Assembly: GCA_030141605.1 (NCBI GenBank)
Contig: JAQGDQ010000006.1
Coordinates: forward strand, 1,116,001-1,180,000
DNA length: 64,000 bases
Reading direction: 5' to 3'
Source: Tubiluchus corallicola
Taxonomy: Eukaryota > Animalia > Priapulida
The notes below the pieces were generated by a model. The model did not search any database, was not told the origin of the DNA, and saw only the letters and a program-made list of their open reading frames with translations. A program made the position numbers and the translations under genes. Of this stretch, positions 40,001 to 52,239 are shown in pieces (the first letter of the stretch is position 1; each line of letters starts with the position of its first letter).

Positions 40001-43000
40001 AAACTGAACTTTGACATCAACAAGAACGCAGCGAGGGAGGATTTTCCAGATCTTGAAATAAATTTTAGCTCACGTTGAAATAAATCGGTCTCGCAGAGAG
40101 TCCGTTGTGGCAACACTGCAACCAACATGTCGGCGACCAGTGTTTCAAATGTTTTTGCAGATTTTCAAAATTTCATCGATTTAGAACAAGAGCAAAGAGA
40201 AGAGATACGTGTTTGTGTCAAAGAGCTAGAACAAACAGTCAGAGACATTCTAGCTGCTATACAAGTCATACACACATCTGATGGATTGAAGAATATTACA
40301 AGTGTTTGCAAACAGGTATTTTGGTTCTACATAATAGTAACTCACGGCACAACAATGCATTAACAATTTTACAATTTAATGCTGTTCTATTGCTATTCTA
40401 GGTCATCTTTGAAAACGAAATTCAAAGTCCGCTATTATCACCTTTGCGCCAGTAGACTTAAGCTTGATTATTTATATTAGGGTCATGTTTGGCATTGAAA
40501 GTCGTAGACACAGGCTTCGCCATGTTTTAAAAGAACATCGTAAAATGTCTTTGTTTTAGGTGCGGCAGCAATTTCTAACAGTAAAGGAACAATTCGCAAA
40601 TCTTGCAACAAAGATCCCAGCGGGAGAATACTACCGGTTCAATGATCACTGGCGATTTGCCTGTCAACGTTTAGCATTCCTTTCAGCACTTACCATTTAC
40701 TTAGAAACAGAACAACTTATTACAAGGGAACAAATGGCAGAAATGCTAGGTGAGAAGCATTTTTCTTCAAAGTACATAACGTGAAGGTTGTATTCACTAT
40801 TTCAGTATGAAAGGCAAAAATAGCGTATGTACAAAAAAAGTTCATTAAAATTTTCACGTCCTTTTTTATATTTTTTACTGTAAATGTTATTACTTGTAAA
40901 TTGTAACATTACAATTTCACTTAACAAGTTAATCTAACAAGCTAATTGGCTTGCAGGCTAATCTGAATATAGCTGTGATATATGAAATATAAGATAAATA
41001 TAATTACTATGTTGCGCACTCATTGCTATATTTTGCAAAAGTAACATTCTTAAATTTTTGTCTTTTCTGTATTAAAAATTTTGTTGCCTGCAGACGGTAG
41101 CTGTGTATTAGAGAGTAGCTGTACTGCCGCTTGATTTTTAATAGCGCTTTAATTATCTGTTTATCTGTTTATATCTCTTTTTGGCATTAAGAATGTAACC
41201 AGTTTATAAAACATTACTTAAGTTCAAGATATTTTACAAAATCAAAAGTAACCTAGCATTAAACTAGGATATAATAAAGTGCTATAAAACTGATTTTGCT
41301 CAAAACTATCATAATTATATTGCAAAGGTGATAATTAGTTAGTACGGTAAAATAAAACTAATGTGTTTTAGGTGTAAAAGTGAACAGAGAGGAAGGATTT
41401 CACATGGACTTGGAAGACTACCTAATAGGAACATTAACATTAGCAAGTGAGCTGTCACGGCTTGCAGTAAACAGCGTAGTCGCTGGTGATTATAATCGCC
41501 CGGTCAGAATAGCTGCTTTTGTGAATGAACTAATGAATGGATTCCGTTTGTTGAATTTAAAAAATGATTCGCTCAGGAAAAGATTTGATGGACTAAAATA
41601 TGATCTCAAAAAGGTGGAAGAAGTTGTGTATGATCTCAGCATTCGAGGACTCAAGTCATCAGATACTTGAATTTTTACTGGTGAAAACATTGAGTAATAA
41701 AAATATATTGTCAAATGTGCAGTTTCTGTACACTTAATTATAATAATGCCATGCTACTTAGTGATAAGAATAAACCACGGAAGACTATGAAAACTGGTTC
41801 AATTGCCTGTAGCAAGTTTATAATGTCTTCTACCATTAACTGAGGGGGGGGGGGTTTCAGGCAAAGTGATTTGTTAGGAAGAACACACAGATTTGTCTGA
41901 TATTTGATATCATATTTGTTAAATGTAATAAGTAACTTGAATAACTTCTTGCAAATTGTAATTAGTACTGCTGGTTCAAATGTCATTTATGTAATGTAGT
42001 TACTCAATATAAGGCCACTGCAAAATTACTAATAAAGTATAAAAACCATGCACACATAGTCTGGCATAATGCAAAATTTAAAATGCCAATATTACCCAAT
42101 AAATTTAGTACAGTAATAAGCAAAATAATGCCAAAATTAACAAGAATAGTTTATTATTATTAAACAAGAACTTGAGAATCGATTAAATCCTGGATTACTT
42201 GACTTGAAACTCAATTTGATGTTGAGCATGACCACATGAATATGACTTAGGACTCTACTCAGACGAAGACATAATGACTCGAGACTCAACTTGGATTTGG
42301 ACATAATGACTCGAGACTTGACGCTGACTCTAAACTTGACTCAGACCTGGGGCACAGCGACTGGAGACTTGACTCAGACTTGAACTATAAAGAGTTTGAC
42401 TTGAGACTCGACTTGGACTTGAGCCGAAGCCTGGATTACAACACTGGTCAATTTGCTCCAGAATCTACATTCCTGCTCTATTATTTAGGCAAAGACATTG
42501 ATCTGTACAGCAACAAGAATTTCCCTGTGTCAGTCTAAGTAATAATATTAAAGGGATCTCTGCAAGACATGCTATGTAACCTTAGATAAAAGTAGAGAAG
42601 TCCCATATCTAATATGCGATAATACTGGTTATAGTCAGACCAAGTTAGTACAGCAGCTGCTGTCTTAGTTAATTTATGTTGATTTATGTGGTCTAGTAGT
42701 GAACAAGTCCAGTTGAAAAACATTCATCAGTTTAAGTATGCTGTAACTTCACAGGAAAAGAATTCACACATAATTGAACTTATTGATGACTTTTTTGGGT
42801 TTATGACAAAAAGTGTCATATAAACCTAAAAAGGTCGCATGGATAAATTTTGTGCAACCTTTTCATGTTACACAAAAGTTAAATTGGCACAAAATAAACT
42901 TACTGTTGTCTAAAACAGCAGACATTATACTTCAACACATGAGCTAATCATTACATGCGCTTTCTCAAAAATTTGGTTAATGCAACACGCTAATACTCCT

Positions 43001-43986
43001 GCGGCAGAACGCTCCACTTAGCAGTTAGGGGGCTGTATGGTATAACAATCAGCCCTACAGCGTAATGCATGAAAATTACTTTACTGTTCAACACAAGTAG
43101 CTAATAATAACGAGTGATGAAAATCAAACCACTATGGCCAATAGTAACTGACTTGCCATTTTTAAAAACAGTTTGGTTAATGGTGGGATAAACTGTCAAA
43201 TTAAGACTTATTTTCAGTTTACCGCATATCACTATTGAGACAAAGGCATCGACTGCTCAGCATGATTTCATTACACTTAATTCTGACTGTATGAATCTCT
43301 AATTTTTCTGTCAAAATTATATCACCAAGTTTTTGTATACTGAAATGCAACATTATACTGTAGTTATATCCCAAAGTGTAAAATCACATTGGGGCTCACA
43401 GGGCTTTGATGAATCTATTTATTTAAAAACCAAGAATGTAATTAGTATAGTATTGTTGCGGAGCCCTCCCCTGGGAGCTGCCAGGGGGTCGAGGGACGCA
43501 AAGACGGCTGAGCAGTCAGCCTTCCGTTTGCCCGAATTGCATTCTACTAGGCAGAAGTGCAGAAGAAGAAAGACAAAAGATAAATAATCAGGTTCAAACT
43601 ACGCCGTACCTACCCAAAACGACAATCCTGTTAAGCACTGAAAAGAGCAGCACGCATGGTGGACGTGGCAACATGACAGAGACGTAGTAAACTACGTGCT
43701 CACTGCTTTTGCGCAAAGTCAACCTTGACTAAGCGTGCCCGCAACAGTATTATATATTTACTGAAATTAGGTACTCACCTTTTTCACCTAAACTTAGCTG
43801 AACTTCTCCCATTTCTTTCCTCTTCACTAGTCTGGAACCAGTATTCTCTCTCTGGGATTCTGTGACTTTTCTTCTGTATAGTGTAAAATTAGGTCGATGT
43901 TTGTGAAGCTGACAGCATAACCTCAATGCAAAACAGCAATGCAGTGGTTGTAAGCGGTATCTTATCATGATTCCAGTGCTAAGCAT
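34822..43986 (-). CDS. TIMM21: Mitochondrial import inner membrane translocase subunit Tim21, 5 coding exons, 218 aa
   Basis: Exons 43986-43779, 37211-37149, 36798-36701, 35919-35743, 34932-34822 join in frame (657 nt). Arg-rich presequence-like N-terminus, then EKVKQTSKDATWLVVIVGGLGVTG (TM), ELFSGDSPNGVY, LGTPIKGYGELSSRGRRRHV, MRMRFYIQG, YLIVDL, which are Tim21 family motifs. Confidence 0.9.
36969..37048. repeat. (GT)n microsatellite
   Basis: Directly visible run of about 40 dinucleotide units with interruptions. Confidence 0.98.
37890..38480 (+). mobile_element. Degenerate RTE-like LINE fragment
   Basis: MGVPQG, KYIGSLLDTKADIQRRKILA and LYWTGHVLR motifs with frameshifts. Confidence 0.55.
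40127..41670 (+). CDS. TSN: Translin (C3PO subunit), 3 coding exons, 225 aa; nested antisense in TIMM21 intron
   Basis: Exons 40127-40315, 40560-40749, 41372-41670 join in frame (678 nt). Motifs EQEQREEIR, EYYRFNDHWRF, GFHMDLEDYL, ELSRLAVNSV, GFRLLNLKNDSLRKRFDGLKYDLKKVEEVVYDLSIRGL are diagnostic for translin. Confidence 0.97.
42170..42446. mobile_element. DNA-transposon end with subterminal GACTCGAGACTT repeats (hAT-like)
   Basis: Dense gactcgagact/gacttg/gactcagac motifs end in ttacaacactg (CAGTGTTG-type terminus); the opposite end was not identified. Confidence 0.55.
43454..43746. mobile_element. Solo LTR (293 bp, Gypsy-like 4-bp TSD)
   Basis: GTAT|TGTTGCGG ... CCGCAACA|GTAT: TG...CA ends, perfect 8-bp terminal inverted repeat, GTAT TSD; GC-richer than the flanks. 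Confidence 0.85.
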
Positions 43987-46300
43987 TGATCAATGATAAG
44001 GTGGCTAAAATGACAAAAATTGTTATAGTGTGAAAAATCTTTAAAATGCTCATACAAATATGCACTATAATATATTACCGTGTAGCATTTTTCGGCATGA
44101 TTAGACAGCACAGATTAAACATTGTTAGCTCGAAAACAGCACTCAATAATTGTTTTATGATTTTTTAATCAATTTAACATTATACCAGCGAAATAATAGA
44201 AATATACAATATTGATGCAAATGTACAAAAAATAAATATGGTTATATGCCTGCCTTGCTTCAGCCACATGCCGACCTATTTTCATCATTCTCCTTTCATT
44301 CAAAGGAAAATGGTGATTTTTTTAGACTATAGCTCATTTTGACCTATGGTTAACAGTTCACAAGCACAGTTAGCGATTAGGCCAGTAATGGGTTCAATTT
44401 TGCAACAGCTTGTACATTTTGCACACAATTTTGGATGCACAATTTCAAATTTCAAGTCCACTGCTATAATACATGATACCAGATGTCACGACTGAGCTGT
44501 GCAGCTCTGTCATCATGGCACCCATTTTTATGCGATCTATATCTGAGAAACTGAAAAAAATTATGTTTTGGGTGTACTAATATCTGTAATGCAAATCATT
44601 CTTGAAAAAATATTTGTTCTGAAAGTGCCATGTGTCCAGATCAAGACCTCAGATGCGCTGTACAATAGCCAGTGTGAGGCGTTATAAAATAATTTCTGGT
44701 GCATTTTACCATTTGTTTTCTTTCCTATATATTGCCAGATACGTGTCAGTTATCCAAATTGTGTAGCCATGCAGCAATGATGTCTTACTTTATTTTATAA
44801 TTTATTTACTTATTAATCATCATGATGAATTATCATCTAAAATAATGTTACTGTTATCAGTGCCAAATTCAACAACTAGCATTTCAATTCCTGATAGTCT
44901 TCCGAGTAGCCATTACTCCCCATTATGCAAATAAAATACCAAATCTGCTTACTGTTCGGTGCTGACTGCTGTTACATTCTGCGAATACACACACAAGTGC
45001 AACAAAAATTTACTTTCGCATGCTAATAATAGCCTATGCAAATGAGCGACAGGAAAAAAGTGGTAGTAATGGGCTAAGTTGCTGTAGAAGTGCAAGGCAA
45101 AATTTGTATTCATTAGTTTGCAAAAAACTTGTTCAAATATTCAAAATGAAGAAAATAACAGAATTTATCTTGTTCTTATATGATTTACTCGTATGTAACT
45201 TGTTTCTGAATCAAATTTCATTAAACTTGGAGATTGGAAAGTTTAGTTGGCATTACTTTTACCCGTCACAGATGACGGGTAAATGCATGTATCCGAGAGT
45301 AAGGAGTTAAACTCGGATGGTTTTATTACGAGTCATATTGCAGGTTGCAGCCATATAGTGCATAGATATTGTTTACAGTATGTCAAGTAGTAGTTTGATT
45401 AATTTGATGATGACAAAGGTGACTCTTATGAGAGCAGTAGCGGCCATGCTAGCACCCTGGTATTAGTACCTAGCAAAATACACCATCATCGGTCAGATAG
45501 TCTTTCAAAGACCACATGGTTTTTTTATCATGATGTGATTGCACTGTGTCCTTCATACTGCACTTCTATTTTGAATCCTTAGATTTATAGAACATTTTAT
45601 CACACTTAGCCACAACAAAATAATAATACAACTCTCCTTTTTCAACTGACAGCACAACTAGGCAGAGAAGTCTCAATTGGCTCATCGTAGAGGGCAACAA
45701 AAACTTAACTTTAGTTTACAAAACCTGCTTTCACGTGACACCACCAATATCCAAGTTACGGTGCTTTAAGAAACAAAACACAACTGAACTGGTGTCATTG
45801 CTCTCTCTCTCACCCCTTCGACGCTATTGATGTAGTAAAAAAGTAGACTTATCACAGAGGTAGTTTGTATATCTTGGCATTGTTTGATGTAATAGTATGT
45901 TACAATTTTGCACAAGATTGCAACTTTCATAGGCAAAGTTTTTATGGGGACTTGCTAGTTTAAACACCATGTTCTAATAATTTAATGATTGTAATAATCT
46001 TGCAATTTACAAGTCTCTATTCTAGACGTCAGCTGACATTATATTAGCTGTATTCTCAATTTCCATCAGAATTCATGCTTTTCATTGTGTACCAAAGCCG
46101 ACATCTCAGAAAGCTTCTGAAGGAAGAACTTAGTGTCCAAGACCCACGTGACAGCCAGTTCCAGTTTTCAACTGGAAATCTCCAGGGCTGAAATTCACTG
46201 CATTCACAAATTAGGCCTACAGTTTATGATTTAACAATAGTTACATTATTAGGCCTACTCCACTCTTCTACAAATGCACACATATTACTTTTTCTGTTCA

Positions 46301-49300
46301 AGGAAGACGGGATGATTTTTCTATCTGACTCCATTTTCAAGTACAGTAAAAAGTATACATTTTAACACCAATAATGCTGCAAAAGCATTTCTGATAATTA
46401 AATAAAGGATTAAGATCTTAATTAACAGCGGCCAAGTCCAACTATTATGACATTGCAAGTGAATATAAATTTCAACAGCACAAACATTCTGTGAGCATAT
46501 TGACTTGTTTACGAAAGCGAAGATTCAAGTCCAGTGCTATTGTAAGTGACTCAGTGTTGTACTAAAACTCAGCAAGTTTTAAGATAAAAATTTAGATTTC
46601 AAATTTATCACTTGCTCTTCATGAGCTGTTGAACATGTGTATTACATCACAAACGACCATTTCTGAAATGAAAGCTACCTGTTTTTTGGGCAACGCATTT
46701 TCGAAATGCAGGTGCTAGTTCCCGTCTAACTAGCAAATGGCGAAATGCATGTAATAGCAAAGAACTAGTGGTGCGAACGCAATATTGCGTTTGTCTGGTA
46801 ATAATTCTTTCACGTAAGTCATTCTTGAAAAGAATAGTATGCTTCCTTTCAATATTTTAAAGAGCAGATTGTATTGACCTACGGCTTAAGACTGGGCCCG
46901 GTTTTCCTTTAAGCAAGGGGAGTGTGTAAATGTCGTAAACTCCTCTCACATTATTTATTTAACTTGTTATTTCAAATATTATTAACGACGCGGCTGTATT
47001 ATATAATATGTGACAAATTTCATAGTTTATAATATTTTTATACTGTAGCCCCGTTAGTACATAAACCAAAGCAAAACTAAATAAAATTAAAAAGCAATAG
47101 ATGCACAAAAAGGCTATCTACAGAGCATGATTAAACCAAAAGTTTTTCGACTTATTACAAAATATATGTAATGCCAAGTGATTATGAAGTTTTTTAAAAA
47201 AGTCATAAAGAGCAATACCACAAACCTTCGAGCAAGATCTTTAAAGGTGCGTCGCTACTCGCTAGTTTTCCACTCAATGGAAGTTGCAGTTGCAATTTTC
47301 CGGCCGACGTGGATAGTCTCAATTCTCAATACTATCATTTACTTGTCCTGTTTCAATACTGATCGACTTTAACTTGAAAACTTCGGCCTTGGTATGAGCG
47401 GACACTCGCTCACAATCAGAAAACGTCTTATAACTTGTCATAAACCTGCAACACAAACACACAAATAAATGCAGTAGAATTGTTTCGAATTAGGCAACAA
47501 ACTGGGAAGCACACCATGCAATGCCACACAAAATTTTGGAACTCTCTTTATTAGACTCATGCACACAAGACCCCCTCCTAAAGACAAATATAGAAACCTC
47601 CTCTCCCTCTCTCGCTCCTACTCCATTTCCATATACACCACTGAATGACATGTACCTACCACGTACGTGTGATTCTAATTATAGTAAGAAATATGCACAC
47701 TGACAGCCTGACAATGCCAGTGGCCGATCAAGTACCCAGGCTTCTTGATTTTGCAAATCTCTAATCCAGGGCAGCAGTCGGTATTAAATTAGTTTTTCGT
47801 CTTTGGACAGCAAATGAGACCCCCGTTACACACAAGTTTTCTTTATCAAAAGGGAGGTTCTGAACCCTGGGGCTCTGGACCCCCATTGATCCATTTCTGC
47901 ATCCGCCAGGTTTTTGATTGGCGTTCAGCTCTTAGGCTTTAAGTTACATTCAAATTAAGATAGATGTATAGGTGAAGTTTTAAAAAACTTTGATATTTTG
48001 GTCAATGTTTTACATGACCACATTTCACATTTAGGTCACACGTAAGTGTAGTATAATTGAACGAACCACGTTTGCCACCTACCACGTCATCAAATATTGT
48101 GCAGGCGTACTTACAGTAGATTTCGCATGTTTGTACAGGAGAAGGTATAAATTGAGGGTGATAAAATGCAGCTTGATTTTTTCATTGTGCTCCGCTAATG
48201 TACCACGTGGTATAAACTAAGTTATAAGTCAAAAACAGGAAAAATTTATGTTATATTGATTAAGTTTGTTTTCTTAATGGCTTGGGCTCTTGGGGTTTTT
48301 AATTAGCAGCTTGACATCCTTGGTAGTCTGGCATTCCTGACATTCTCGGCAGCTTAGCATTCTTGGTGGCTTGGATGGATCGTAGAAAGGAGGGGAAAAA
48401 GCATTGTGATGTTGTAAGAGAGGGTGGGGAGGTTTCGGTAATTGCCATTAGGAGAGGGTCATGAGTGTCATCTGTGGCTCGTGGCACTCGATAGAGAGTG
48501 TTCCAAAATGTTTTGTGGATTTACATAGTGCACTTCCCAACAAACTCCTATAGCAGCAACATTGCACTACTTCAACTTATTATTTTATGCATAAAAAGAG
48601 CTATGTGGGGTCCGATTGGACCACTATCAGTAAAATTTTAACTTGATTTGTCACAATTAAAATGAACTTAAGGGCTAATTCCCAGAGAGGCTGGCCCAAT
48701 GATTATTTTATTAAAACAGGTTCTAACTTGGCTATAATTTCAGCAATGTATCGTTTATCATTAATCAATTTTCAGAAGGCAGCTTTGCTCAGTCTTTCTT
48801 CTTCAAACCTACTACACCAGAGGAAATTTGTAATGTAAATTATGCAAAAACTCTCAATTTTAGCAAAACATCCGAGTATTTTTTTGGAATTTCTCCAGTA
48901 ACTGGAAGATAGCAGATATAATGCCTCAGCACAAAAAGGTCCATGGAATATCCCTTATAATTACAGGCCTATATACTTAATTTCAATTATCAGTAATGTC
49001 TTGGAAACTATAATAAAGAGTCTAATACTAGAGAATTTGAACATAATTCAAAAATAACTGTACAAACAACTAACTACATCAATTCAATTCAATTGCAATT
49101 CAGTTCTATTTGCACAAATACATACAATGTACATTGGCAAAGCAATACACGTTAAATACAACATAAAAAGTCTATGTGTAAAGTTATTTTCATATATTCA
49201 TCAAAACATTTGATCACAAAAATAACTGCACACTACTGCATCAGTCAATTATTTTTAGGGAGTAAAATAGTAATGATCAACAACAAGTCGTGAGTATATG

Positions 49301-50314
49301 CAAGAATTGTAAAAATTTTAGAAGAAAATTTAAAAGTATGCGACTGTGCATCACTGTGTTTAGCCAATGAGTATCGGAATCGTCAAACGATTTAGTTTAC
49401 TGTGTTGGGTGCCGTTTACAGTGCTAAGTCACGTATCGCATACGAACGCAATATACGGGCTGTCCTAATACATACCGCAGCAGAAACTAAACAGAGTTTA
49501 CCTAAATGGCAGCGTCCGTTTTCTTGTTTATTATTAAAATAATAATAATTATTATTAGTTGATTAAATAAAATTATACATTCGATAAAATATAATATTAT
49601 TAATTCCGAGCACTTTGATTGAGCAATATTAAATTGCGAGATGTAGAGTATAAGCTTTTTGAGGTTAATAGGCGAACTTTTGAGCAATTCTATCATGACG
49701 ATAAAGCAAAATCGGACCCAGTCTTAAACTGTAGATCGAAACTATTTGCTCTTTAAAATATTGAAAGGAAACATACTATTTTTTTCAAAAATGACTTACG
49801 TGAAAGAATTATTACCACCCAAACATACTATATTGCTTATGCGCCACTAGTTCTTTGTTTTTCATGTATTTTGCCATTTCCTAGTTAAGCGGGCACAAGC
49901 GCCTGCATTTCGGAAACGCATTGCCCAAAAGCTGGTCCTGCACTCAGTTCAGATGTGTTAGTTTGTGATGAACTACACACGTTCAACAGCTCATGCTTGA
50001 GCACAATGGTAAACTTGAAATTCTATCTTAAAACATGCCTAGTTTTAGTACAACACACTAAATATCTTACAATGGCACTGTACTTCAATTTTCACTTTTG
50101 CAAACATGTACAACACGCTCGTGAAATACTTTTGCTGTTGAAAATTATGTTAGTTTGTGATGTCACCAATAGCTGGGCTCGCCCGTCGTTAATTAAGTTT
50201 TTTAATGTATTATTTAATTATCAGTAACGCTTTTGCAATCATAATCATGTTAAAATGTATACTTTTTATCGGACTCGAAAATGGGGGAGTATAAGTAAAA
50301 CAGCCTGTCTTCCT
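46301..50314. mobile_element. About 4-kb non-autonomous Kolobok-like element with ~600-bp inverted arms
   Basis: TTCA|AGGAAGAC ... GTCTTCCT|TTAA; 46301-46910 is the diverged reverse complement of about 49700-50314 (for example ataattctttcacgtaagtcatt / aatgacttacgtgaaagaattat). Confidence 0.8.
48760..49060 (+). mobile_element. LINE RT fragment (CR1/L2 group) inside the large inverted-repeat element
   Basis: PYNYRPIYLISIISNVLETIIK resembles the NYRPISLxSxxSKxxE RT motif. Confidence 0.6.
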
Positions 50315-50514
50315 TTAAGGTATGTCATTTTTATTATGCCCTGCTTCGTTTGAGGTACATATAGGCAGGCCGCTTCATTACGTCTTTGTCATACACAGTT
50401 TGTATACAGGTTGGTAAGCCATTTACCTCTGTTTACATAATTAAGTTTTGTTACATAATGGCTAATGCTGCTAACTTGTCTCCTCCTCTCAAAAATATAT
50501 ATTATACTGCATAC

Positions 50515-50519
<5 letters not shown>

Positions 50520-50571
<52 letters not shown>

Positions 50572-50582
50572 TGTGTGTGTGT
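50520..50582. repeat. (GT)n(GCGT)n compound microsatellite
   Basis: Directly visible. Confidence 0.98.
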
Positions 50583-50769
50583 ATTGTGGTGTAGTGTTTG
50601 TTGTGGTATTAAATTTTGTGGTGTAGCTGTTTGTTACAGTTTGTAAACAGGTTGGTGAGCTGTTTGCTTCCCAGTGTTTTGTATACTCAGTTAATCATGC
50701 ACAAGTTGTGATTGATATGGGCTTGGTCAGCATTTATTTCTCTTTTAAACTTGCAATTTACTATGTAAT

Positions 50770-51053
50770 TAACCAATGCGGCATCACTCTACTCACCAAT
50801 GCGATATTGCATTTGGGTGACCAATGACCATATACCACACTGACTCTTCATGCGTAGTAGCGTAACTGTGCATATATGGGCTAGTGCAGTTAGCGGCGCC
50901 CAACACACTCAATTATAGACTCCAGAGCTCAACTTCATGGATGATGGCGATAGCAGAGAACTTCTAAACGACTGTATCGAGAAGTGAACCTCGCTGTGCT
51001 ACGGGCATATTTGAAGAAAATGACGTAAGTTGGTGGACAGCACCAAGGTATGC
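50770..51053 (+). promoter_or_regulatory. Putative PQLC1 promoter and non-coding first exon
   Basis: CCAAT at 50773, 50796 and 50821; CRE-like TGACGTAA at 51021; donor AAG|gtatgc at 51048. An acceptor ttttctag at 54572, 17 nt before the PQLC1 ATG, implies an upstream exon. Confidence 0.4.
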
Positions 51054-51199
51054 GTAACAAAGTTTTTGTAGTTCACTCAAAAATTCCGCTGTTCTGGCTG
51101 ACTAAGTCTTTGTGTTAACAGCTTAACTGTATAAAAATTAGTCGTCGGATCAATTTATAAGAACTTTATAAAGTGTTTACATAGCTTTATTCCACGGGA

Positions 51200-52070
51200 T
51201 GCAGTGCTAAATAGTTCTGAGACATGGTCAAATTTGACAGCAACTGATTGGGAGAAATTAGAAATGATTCAAGCAAATGCTTTAAAAACATTATTTAATC
51301 TCAGTGAATCAACGCCATACTGGGGATTAGTAACTGAAATAGGCATATGGCCTCTAAAACATAAAGTAAATTATAGGAGATTGATGTTCTATCGGAATTT
51401 ACTGATAAGTAAACCAAAGAGATTAGCATCAGAGGTACTCGAAATGCAAATAAACAATGTACATAAAAGGTCATGGTATAATGAAGTAGTTGAGACTGCA
51501 AAAAAATATACCATAGATGCTAATAAAGAAAGGGTGAAAGTCATGAAAAAGTCTGAATGGAAGAAAGAAATAAAGAATAAGATTGAATGTTGTATAAAGA
51601 GTGAATGTGCAGAAAAATGCAGGAGCAGCACTAAATTAAGATTTTTAAGGCATACCGAGTGGAAACGACAAAATTACATAGACACATGCAAGCTAGAAGA
51701 GGTTAAAGATTTATTGAAAATAAGATTGAATATGATTAAAGTTAAAGGGAACTACAAGAATGAGTTTAAGTATCAGTTATTATGCCCAGTGTGTGAGGAA
51801 GATGATGACACTACTGAACATATGCTTAGATGTTATAGATATGGAGAATGGAAAAAAATTTTGAACTCAGATGTATTAATGAACAGTGAAAAGGAAGGAT
51901 TGCTAGAAATTAGAAATCTAGTGAACGAATGTATGGAATACAGGATAAAGACATTAAACTTGGAAAAGACAAATAAAAGATCAGCGTTAAAGAAGAATAG
52001 ACTTTGCACCCTATAAAGGTGCCCGCCTCTGTTAGGTGGAGAGAGCCGAGTATCGCAATCGCAATCGCAA
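51200..52070 (+). mobile_element. Young 5'-truncated non-LTR retrotransposon (uninterrupted ORF2 C-terminus, 270 codons)
   Basis: Open frame 51204-52016 with LNSSETW...IQANALK...TP...EIG and a CCHC knuckle CPVCEEDDDTTEHMLRC; short 3'UTR with a hairpin ccgcct/aggtgg and an (ATCGCA)3 tail. Confidence 0.85.
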
Positions 52071-52239
52071 ATACATCAAAGTGCGTAAATGCACAAATAC
52101 TGCACAATGTGATTACAAATAAACATGGAATTCTGCGAGAACAAAAGGTGTCTGGCAGTTTACTTAGCTTATGAAGTTCAGTTTTAGCTTGTTAAAATTG
52201 TTTTGTTATCTTGTCAATGTTAACTAGCCGAGTTGAAGC

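Noticed and set aside
51204-52016. 270-aa ORF as a host gene
   Set aside because: No ATG start; it has LINE ORF2 C-terminal motifs and a retrotransposon-type tail.
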